Source: a bacterium (lineage in GTDB: Bacteria > ARS69). From it: 64,000 nt of DNA. How positions within the stretch are numbered: the stretch's first letter is position 1; each line of letters begins with the position of its first letter. Location: positions 1,174,394-1,238,393 of the forward strand of contig JAXLTI010000004.1 of the NCBI GenBank assembly GCA_046330135.1, in the 5' to 3' direction. Under the pieces are notes generated by a model. The model was not told the DNA's origin. It did no database searches and was given only the letters and a program-made list of their open reading frames with translations. The translations under genes and the position numbers were made by a program. Positions 36,776 to 43,883 of this stretch are shown in pieces.

Positions 36776-37480
36776 ATGAGCGCACCCAACCTCGTTGCGC
36801 TCGTGGGCGACGTCGTGGCGTCCCGCCACTACCCGCATCAGGGTCGCCTCCTATCGTTCGTCCAAGGTGCTCTGGAACGAACGAACCACGCGGCACCGGC
36901 AATTCAACCGCTGCAGCCCACCGTCGGCGACGAGTTCCAGGGCGTCTACGAGAGCGTCGCGCGAGCCTTGCGTGCGGCGCTTCTCGTGCGCCTCGAGCTC
37001 GCGGCGGACGCCGGGCTCGCCCCCCTGCCTGACGTGCGCATCGGCCTCGGCGGGGGGGACGTCACGGCGGTTCCGGAGGCGAAGTCCCCGTTCGTGCAGA
37101 GCGGAAGCGGGTGGTGGCATGCTCGGCAGGCGCTCGATCATCTGGAGGCGCTCCGCCATCAGGCGTTGTGGCCGCGGAGTCTTCGGACTTGGTACTTCGG
37201 CGACGGGCGGGAGGACGATCTCGTGAACGCGCTCCTCCTTTGTCGCGACGAGCTGCTGGACGGCATGGACGCGCGCGATCGTCGCATCGCGCTCGGTCTC
37301 TTCCGCGGCGAGAAGCAGCTTGAGATCGCGGCGGCGCTCGGAATCAGCCAGCCCGCCGTCGCGAAGAGACAGAAGCGAAACGGGATCCAAGCGGTCTATC
37401 GCGCGCAGCTCGCCCTCGAGAGAACCCCGACGCGCCCCGCGGCCCGACGTGCGGTTGCTCGCGTCGACCTCGCCCGCTAG
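36776..37480 (+). CDS. hypothetical regulator, SatD-like N-terminal domain plus a C-terminal sigma-70 region-4-like HTH
   Basis: N-terminus LVALVGDVVASRHY resembles SatD-family proteins. C-terminus LGLFRGEKQLEIAAALGISQPAVAKRQKR is a region-4/LuxR-type HTH. Confidence 0.45.
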   Translation: MSAPNLVALVGDVVASRHYPHQGRLLSFVQGALERTNHAAPAIQPLQPTVGDEFQGVYESVARALRAALLVRLELAADAGLAPLPDVRIGLGGGDVTAVPEAKSPFVQSGSGWWHARQALDHLEALRHQALWPRSLRTWYFGDGREDDLVNALLLCRDELLDGMDARDRRIALGLFRGEKQLEIAAALGISQPAVAKRQKRNGIQAVYRAQLALERTPTRPAARRAVARVDLAR

Positions 37481-37534
37481 ACTCCCTCATCGCCCCTGCA
37501 CAGACTCAGTTCCCGCTCGGATCCCGGAGGACCC

Positions 37535-39529
37535 ATGGCCCCGCGCCCCAAGCCGATGACGCTCACGCAGAAGATCCTCTGCCATCACGCGGTGGGGCTC
37601 ACGAAGCCGTGGGTCGAGACGGGGGACGTGCTCCGCATCCGCGCGGACTGGACGATCGCGTCCGAGCTGGCGTGGAACGGCATGAACTCGACCTACGAGA
37701 AGCTCGGCCGCCCCGCCGTCCACGACCGCAGCCGCTTCTACCTGGCGCTCGATCACACGGTGGATCCCGGCACGCTCGCGAACGACAAGCGCACGCAGAA
37801 GCTGGTGCAGCTCTCGCGCGACTTCGCGAAGGAGGCGAAGCTCTCGCACTTCTTCGACGCGAACGAGACGATCATGCACACGAAGTTCTTCCGCGACCTC
37901 GTGCAGCCGGGAGAGACCGTGATCGGCGCGGACTCGCACACCTCCAGCCACGGCGGCGTGGGCGCGTTCGCGATCGGGCTTGGCGGCGCGGACGTCTGCA
38001 TCGCCATGGTGCTGGGCGAGACGTGGATTCAGGTCCCCGAAGCGATCCGCGTGGAGTACCGCGGACGGCTCCCCTTCGGGCTGACCGGCAAGGACGTCAT
38101 CCTGAAGACGCTGGGCTCGCTGAAGCGGAACACCGTGGCGATGGAGCGCACGGTGGAGTACGTCGGCGACGCGCTGGAGCACTTCTCCACGGACTTCCGC
38201 TTCACGGTGGCGAACATGACGGCGGAGTTCGGCGGGCTGAACGGCATCTTCCCGGCGGACGAGCGCACCGCGGAGCTTCTCGCGAAGCGGAAGTCCCACA
38301 ACGACGGTGCGCTCTTCTTCCGCGCGGACGAAGGCGCTTCCTACGTCGCCACGCACTCCTTCGAGCTGGCGAAGCTCGTGCCGCAGGTGGCGAAGCCCTT
38401 CTCGCCCGACAACGTCTTCGACGTGAAGGACGCGGCCGGCCAAGCGCTGGACGGCGTCTTCATCGGCGCCTGCAACACCACCGAAGAGGAGCTGGTGCTC
38501 TCCGCGCTCGTGCTGCGCGAGGCGATGGCGGCAGGGAAGACGCCGAAGAAGGCAGACGGCGACAAGCGCATCGTGGTGCCGGGCTCGCGCGAGATCGCCG
38601 AGAACCTGAGGAAGCGCGGGCTGCTGGAGATCTTCGTGAAGGCGGACTTCCGCGTGGGCGTGCCCGGCTGCTCGATGTGCCTCGGCATCGCGAGCGACAA
38701 GGCCGGCCCCGGGGAGCACTGGCTCACCAGCCAGAACCGGAACTTCGAGAACCGCATGGGCGCGGGCTCGATCGCGTACCTGTCGAGCGGACCGACCGTG
38801 GCGGCCAGCGCGTTCGACTTGAAGATCGCCGATCCGCGGCCTTATCTCGCGAAGCTCGGCGAGGCGGAGCTGCGTCGTTTCCTGGATGCGGCGCCTTCCC
38901 GCCCGCGCGTGGTCGTCGCCGAGCCGCAGGCGCACGTGGGACCTGCGCACGGCAACGGGAACGGCGCGTCAGCGTCGGCGGTCGGCGGCGGGGAGGTCCT
39001 CCGCGGCAAGGTGCAGGTCTTCGGCGAGAACGTGGACACGGACGCCATGATCCCCGGCGAGTTTTGCCACCTCACGGATTCGGCGGAGATCGGGAAGGTG
39101 GCGTTCCACTACGTGCGCCCGGACTTCGGCGCGCGAATCGCGCGCGGCGAGGACGTGCTCGTGGCGGGCGAAGGCTGGGGCTCGGGCAGCTCGCGCGAGC
39201 ACGCGGTCTGGGCGCTCAAGTTCGCGGGCGTGAGGGCGGTGATCGCGAAGTCGTACGCCTTCATCCACAAGCGCAACCTCGTGAACGAAGCGGTGCCGTT
39301 CTTCGTGCTCGACGATCCGGAGTTCCACGCCGCCGCGAAAGATGGCGATGCGATCTCGATCCGCATGGACGACGGCGTGGTCACCGTGCGAGGTCGCGAG
39401 TACCGCGCGCATCCGGCGGGAGGGATCGCGTCCAGGATCCAGTCCGCGGGCGGCCTCGTGCCGGCAGTGCAACGCTACGGGAAAGAGACCTTCGATGTCC
39501 TGATGTCGGGAGCGCCCGCGGCGAAGTGA
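37535..39529 (+). CDS. aconitase-family hydro-lyase with fused large and small subunit domains (3-isopropylmalate dehydratase/homoaconitase-like)
   Basis: 664 aa. LeuC-like Fe-S ligands (GADSHTS, IGACNTT, VPGCSMCLG) followed by a LeuD-like swivel domain (GENVDTDAMIPGEF, AGEGWGSGSSREHAVWAL). Confidence 0.8.
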   Translation: MAPRPKPMTLTQKILCHHAVGLTKPWVETGDVLRIRADWTIASELAWNGMNSTYEKLGRPAVHDRSRFYLALDHTVDPGTLANDKRTQKLVQLSRDFAKEAKLSHFFDANETIMHTKFFRDLVQPGETVIGADSHTSSHGGVGAFAIGLGGADVCIAMVLGETWIQVPEAIRVEYRGRLPFGLTGKDVILKTLGSLKRNTVAMERTVEYVGDALEHFSTDFRFTVANMTAEFGGLNGIFPADERTAELLAKRKSHNDGALFFRADEGASYVATHSFELAKLVPQVAKPFSPDNVFDVKDAAGQALDGVFIGACNTTEEELVLSALVLREAMAAGKTPKKADGDKRIVVPGSREIAENLRKRGLLEIFVKADFRVGVPGCSMCLGIASDKAGPGEHWLTSQNRNFENRMGAGSIAYLSSGPTVAASAFDLKIADPRPYLAKLGEAELRRFLDAAPSRPRVVVAEPQAHVGPAHGNGNGASASAVGGGEVLRGKVQVFGENVDTDAMIPGEFCHLTDSAEIGKVAFHYVRPDFGARIARGEDVLVAGEGWGSGSSREHAVWALKFAGVRAVIAKSYAFIHKRNLVNEAVPFFVLDDPEFHAAAKDGDAISIRMDDGVVTVRGREYRAHPAGGIASRIQSAGGLVPAVQRYGKETFDVLMSGAPAAK

Positions 39530-39623
39530 TCGCCGATCGCGGTGTGGGCGAAGCCGCGCCGAGCCGCGAGGCCTGCGCGCCCGACGCGTCGATCGGCACA
39601 CGTCGGCCGCCGCATCTGGAGCG

Positions 39624-40397
39624 CTACGTCTCGTCTCTCTCGCGCAGCCACTGCACGTACGCCCAGAGCGCGTCCACGTCCTGCGGCGCCACCTTGTCCT
39701 TGTAGGCCGGCATGTGGAGCACCGCGCGACGGAGGAAGAACTTCGCCGCCGGATTCGCCGCGAAGCGCGCAGAGCTTCCATCGCGCACCCACTCGGTGAA
39801 CTCCGCACGGTCGCGCACGAGATCCGGGAAGTCGTCGCCGTCCCAGGACGGCACGTAGCCCTTGAGCGAGCCGGGGTTCGAGCGCTCGAAGCGCCCGCCC
39901 GGACCGTGACAGCCGAAGCAGCCGAGACGTCGCGCGGCCTCGAGTCCGCCGAGCGCCACGGAGTCCTGCGGCTCCGGCGTGCCGTTCACGGCTTGGACGA
40001 ACTGCACGAGATCGTCGATCTGCCGCTTCGAGAGGCGCTTCCCGAACGCCGGCATGCGGAGCGCGCCCTGTCGGCGCTGCTCCTGGAACGTGGCGCTCTG
40101 CGCGCGCGAGGCGGGCGCGCCGTCGCGGATCCACTCGCGGATCTGGCTCTCGCTCGACGCGTACATCATCAGCTCGGAGCCGAACGTGGGCACCGGGCCG
40201 TCCTTGCGCCCGGCGTTCGGCGTGCCGCGCGTCCCTTCGGGCCCGTGGCACCCGAAGCACCCCGTGTGCTCGGCGAGACGCCGGCCCCGCTCGGCGGCAG
40301 AAAGACGAGGCCGGATGGTGAACCACCATCCGGCCCCGATCGCGATCAACGACAATGCGCCCGCGAGGGCGATCGTGCGTTGCGCTCGTCCTCTCAT
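39624..40397 (-). CDS. dihaem c-type cytochrome, membrane-anchored/periplasmic
   Basis: Two CFGCH haem-binding motifs (CxxCH). Start set at MRGRAQRTIALAGALSLIAIG (signal/anchor); the table ORF begins 28 codons upstream in Pro/Arg-rich sequence. Confidence 0.7.
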   Translation of the reverse strand: MRGRAQRTIALAGALSLIAIGAGWWFTIRPRLSAAERGRRLAEHTGCFGCHGPEGTRGTPNAGRKDGPVPTFGSELMMYASSESQIREWIRDGAPASRAQSATFQEQRRQGALRMPAFGKRLSKRQIDDLVQFVQAVNGTPEPQDSVALGGLEAARRLGCFGCHGPGGRFERSNPGSLKGYVPSWDGDDFPDLVRDRAEFTEWVRDGSSARFAANPAAKFFLRRAVLHMPAYKDKVAPQDVDALWAYVQWLRERDET

Positions 40398-40437
40398 GTC
40401 GGGAAAGACACGAGGCTCGTCAGGGACGCCCGAGCCT

Positions 40438-40911
40438 CTAGCCCTTGGTCCCGGTGGTGGCGGGCTTCGCCATGGTCGCAAGCTCGATGGCGTCGACTTC
40501 GATCGCCTCCATGCCGCTGCGCTTGCTCACCGGCCCCGTCACCTTGACCTCCTCCGCCGCCATGTCCTTCGCCTTCGTGAACGGCTCAGCGTTGTCGTGG
40601 CTCATCACGAGCAGATAGAGCTTCCCTTCCTTCGTCAGGACGCCCATCGGCATGCCGCCCGCGATGCACTTGGTGGCGCAGTCCTTGTGAGATGCGCCCT
40701 TCGCGCCGTGACCCAGGTAGCACCCGAGGTCCACGATCTCGCCGGTGACGGTCATGCTCTTCGCCGCCTCCGGCTCCTTCGCCGCGGACGCGGCCTGCGC
40801 GTGCATCTGCGCATGAGTGCCCGCGTGATGCGCCTGCGTGTGCGTCTGCGCGTGTGCTGCCATGCCGGCGAAGAGCACGACGCCAGCCAGTGCGATGCCG
40901 ACTCCCCTCAT
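40438..40911 (-). CDS. secreted His-rich protein of unknown function
   Basis: Start MRGVGIALAGVVLFAGMAAHA (signal peptide) with AGGAGAGG RBS. A HAQTHTQAHHAGTHAQMHAQ His-rich stretch is followed by a Cys-containing domain (GCYLGHG...HKDCATKCIAGG). It sits immediately upstream of the dihaem cytochrome on the same strand. Confidence 0.45.
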   Translation of the reverse strand: MRGVGIALAGVVLFAGMAAHAQTHTQAHHAGTHAQMHAQAASAAKEPEAAKSMTVTGEIVDLGCYLGHGAKGASHKDCATKCIAGGMPMGVLTKEGKLYLLVMSHDNAEPFTKAKDMAAEEVKVTGPVSKRSGMEAIEVDAIELATMAKPATTGTKG

Positions 40912-41050
40912 CGATCCTCTCCTTGTGAGCCCGGTTTCCTTCCGGGGCACCCCCCAAGACCCCCGAGGCGTCCCAAAGTTCCCTGCGATCCCTCGCCGCC
41001 TTGACGTGCGGCTCCCGACTTGCTACAGCCCGAGCGTCGGGTGCACTTCC

Positions 41051-42226
41051 GTGCGGAAGGTCTACTTGGAACCGATTCCGTTTGCAAGCCCCTCGACACT
41101 GCCCACCGGGCCCGGCGACGAATGGCACGCCTCGCCCGCGCTCGAGAGCGTCGAGACCCCTGCGCTCGTCCTGGACGAGGACGTCCTCCTGGCGAACGTT
41201 CGTGCGATGGCGAGCGTCGCGGCGTCGGCCGGCGTGGCCCTGCGGCCGCACTTCAAGACGCACAAGTGCGTCGAGATCGCGCGAATCCAGCTAGAACACG
41301 GAGCCGTGGGCGGGACCGTGGCGAAGGCCTCGGAGGCCGAGGTCTTCGTCGTCGCGGGAGTGCGCGATCTCGTCGTGGCCACTTCGGTCGTCGACCCGAG
41401 GAAGATCGAGCGCCTGCTCATGTATGGGCGTCACGCCGAGATCGCCGGAGTCGTGGAGTCGGCCGAGGGCGTGCGCGCGTGGGCGGAGGCCGCTTCACGA
41501 GTGGGGAATCGTGTTCCCGTCCTCCTGGAGGTCGACGTGGGGCTCGGTCGGACCGGAGCGTCCTCGGAGGAAGCGGCCGTCCTCCTGGCGCGCCGTGTCG
41601 CGTCCACTCCGCATCTCGAGCTTCGCGGAGTCCTCGGGCACGGCGGGCACGCGTACGGCGCCAAGTCGCGGGAGGAGATCGAAGCGATCGGTCGAGCGGA
41701 GGGCGAAGCGCTCGTTCGGACGGCGGAAGCGATCCGAGCGGCCGGCATGCCCTGCCCGGTCGTGAGCGCGGGCTCCACGCCGACGGCACCGCACGTGGCG
41801 AAGGTCGCCGGCGTCACCGAGATCCGCCCCGGAAACTACGTGTTCCACGACGGCATCCAACAGGCGTTGGGCGTCGCGTCGGCGTCGAGCTGCGCGCTCA
41901 CCGTGCTCGCGACGGTCGTCGCGCGGCCCACGCCGGAACGAACGGTGCTGGACTGCGGTTCCAAGACGCTGTCCTCCGACGGCTCGGCGGCGGTGAGCGG
42001 GTTCGGGCATGTCGCGGGGAGGCGGGACCTCACGTTGACGAGGCTGTGGGAGGAGCACGCGCTCTTGCCCGTCCCGCGAGAGACGCATCTCGCCGTCGGT
42101 GATCGCGTGCGCGTCGTGCCGAATCACGCGTGCGCCACCGTGAACCTCCACGACGAGCTCGTGGTCCTGCGCGGAGGCGAGGTGAAGGAGCGCTGGCGCG
42201 TCGCGGCACGCGGTCGCGTTCGCTGA
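41051..42226 (+). CDS. alanine racemase N-terminal-domain protein (D-serine deaminase/D-threonine aldolase-like PLP enzyme)
   Basis: ALVLDEDVLLANVRAM...RPHFKTHKC (PLP-Lys region HFKTHK), and a C-terminal D-serine dehydratase-like beta domain (VVPNHACATVNLHDELVV). Confidence 0.6.
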   Translation: MRKVYLEPIPFASPSTLPTGPGDEWHASPALESVETPALVLDEDVLLANVRAMASVAASAGVALRPHFKTHKCVEIARIQLEHGAVGGTVAKASEAEVFVVAGVRDLVVATSVVDPRKIERLLMYGRHAEIAGVVESAEGVRAWAEAASRVGNRVPVLLEVDVGLGRTGASSEEAAVLLARRVASTPHLELRGVLGHGGHAYGAKSREEIEAIGRAEGEALVRTAEAIRAAGMPCPVVSAGSTPTAPHVAKVAGVTEIRPGNYVFHDGIQQALGVASASSCALTVLATVVARPTPERTVLDCGSKTLSSDGSAAVSGFGHVAGRRDLTLTRLWEEHALLPVPRETHLAVGDRVRVVPNHACATVNLHDELVVLRGGEVKERWRVAARGRVR

Positions 42227-42315
42227 GGAGCGGCGGCGCCGCGCACGCGCGGAAAGGCGAGGATGGAGCGGCACGCGGCCTCGCGTGCCGGGCATCTCAA
42301 CGAAGGGAGGGCGCT

Positions 42316-43311
42316 GTGCCGAGCATCCACGTCCGCAAGGGTTGGGCGATCGCCGAACGAGATCTGACGCCGGAGTCGGTCTACGTGAACCGGCGAGAGA
42401 TTCTCAAGGGACTCGGCTTCACGGGGCTCGGGCTGGCGGCGCTGATGGCCGGCTGCGGTACGGACAAGGTCGACGCGCAGGGCGAGCTCGTCTGGAAGCC
42501 CACGGGCGTTCCGTCGAACAACCCGAACGCGGCGCTCTATCCGGCGAAGCGCAACCCGAAGTACGTGCTCGACCGCCCCCTCACCGCCGAGAAGCCCACC
42601 GCCACGTACAACAACTACTACGAGTTCACGACCGACAAGGGCGGCGTGTGGAAGCTCGCCGAAGGCTTCCAGGCTCGGACCCGGCCATGGCACGTGGAGG
42701 TGACGGGCCTCGTGGAGCATCCCGGCAAGTTCTCCATCGACGACCTCGTGAAGGAATTCGGCGTGGAGGAGCGCACGTATCGTCACCGCTGCGTCGAGGC
42801 GTGGGCGATGGCGGTGCCGTGGACCGGCTTCCCGTTCTCGAAGCTCTTGGCGAAAGTCCAGCCGAAGAGCGAAGCCACGCACGTCCGCACCGTCACGTAC
42901 CTGGACAAGGAGCACGCGCCCGGCCAGAAGTCGCAGCCCTGGTATCCCTGGCCGTACTTCGAAGGGCTGCGCATGGACGAGGCGATGAACGAGCTGACGT
43001 TCGTGGCCACCGGGATCTACGGCCACGAGCTGCCCGCGCAGAACGGCGCTCCGTGGCGCCTCACCACGCCCTGGAAGTACGGCTACAAGAGCATCAAGGC
43101 GATCGTGAAGATCGAGCTGGTGAACAAGCAGCCGGCCACGTTCTGGAACCAGGTGGCGCCGCTCGAGTACAGCTTCCTCTCCAACGTGGATCCCACGAAG
43201 CCGCACCCGCGCTGGTCGCAGGCCCACGAGAAGCTCATCGACACGGGCGAGACCGTGCCCACGCAGCCGTTCAACGGCTACGGAGACTTCGTGGCGAAGA
43301 TGTACGCTTAG
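42316..43311 (+). CDS. msrP: protein-methionine-sulfoxide reductase catalytic subunit MsrP (YedY-like molybdoenzyme)
   Basis: Tat signal RREILKGLGFTGLGLAALMAGC. Conserved YNNYYEF, WKLAEGF and HRCVEAW blocks of the YedY/sulfite-oxidase fold. No msrQ is adjacent. Confidence 0.8.
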   Translation: MPSIHVRKGWAIAERDLTPESVYVNRREILKGLGFTGLGLAALMAGCGTDKVDAQGELVWKPTGVPSNNPNAALYPAKRNPKYVLDRPLTAEKPTATYNNYYEFTTDKGGVWKLAEGFQARTRPWHVEVTGLVEHPGKFSIDDLVKEFGVEERTYRHRCVEAWAMAVPWTGFPFSKLLAKVQPKSEATHVRTVTYLDKEHAPGQKSQPWYPWPYFEGLRMDEAMNELTFVATGIYGHELPAQNGAPWRLTTPWKYGYKSIKAIVKIELVNKQPATFWNQVAPLEYSFLSNVDPTKPHPRWSQAHEKLIDTGETVPTQPFNGYGDFVAKMYA

Positions 43312-43883
43312 CCCGAGCTAGCGCCCGGCCTGGGCACGCCCGGGCGCCTCGCGATCAGCCAGCCGGCGAGCACGATGGCCGCGAGGAGCGCCACGAGGGG
43401 CAGGAGGATCGCGAGCACGCTGGTGACGACCGCGCCGGCCAGCTCCACCGTCGCGAGGAGGAAGTTCGCCGCGCCGCCCGTCGTCAACGTCGAGGCGGCG
43501 CGCGCCGCGGCGGTGGTGCCGTGCAGGATCCCGGCGGCGCCGCCGCCCCCGATCACCGCGAGCGACCACTTGAGAAGCGGCGGCAGGTCCGTGACCACCG
43601 AAGCGGTGGCGAGAATGCCCGCCGCGATGGCCACGGGCGGCCCGAGCATGTCCAGGAGGTTGTCGAGCCAGGGCACGTAGTACGCCGTGACCTCCACGAT
43701 CGTGGCCACCGCGAAGGCCGCGAGCGCCGGCGTCGACGCGATCCAAGCGAATCCCGGCGCCAGCGGAAGGTGCCCGGCCCTCGCCGCGACGCTCATCACG
43801 AGGAACGGGACGAAGATCCGCAGCCCGACCGCGGCGCTCAGCGCGATCCCGATCGCGACGGCGAGCAACGTATCGAAGGTCAT
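43308..43883 (-). CDS. DUF4126-family membrane protein
   Basis: Start MTFDTLLAVAIGIAL. Four or five TM helices. ATGA overlap with the S9 peptidase stop. Confidence 0.55.
   Translation of the reverse strand: MTFDTLLAVAIGIALSAAVGLRIFVPFLVMSVAARAGHLPLAPGFAWIASTPALAAFAVATIVEVTAYYVPWLDNLLDMLGPPVAIAAGILATASVVTDLPPLLKWSLAVIGGGGAAGILHGTTAAARAASTLTTGGAANFLLATVELAGAVVTSVLAILLPLVALLAAIVLAGWLIARRPGVPRPGASSG

Noticed and set aside
40838-41050. N-terminal 70 codons of the table ORF 40838..42226 (alanine-racemase-domain protein)
   Set aside because: It overlaps the His-rich protein gene on the opposite strand and is Cys/Ala/Pro-rich. The start was moved to GTG 41051, just before the conserved PLP-domain sequence.
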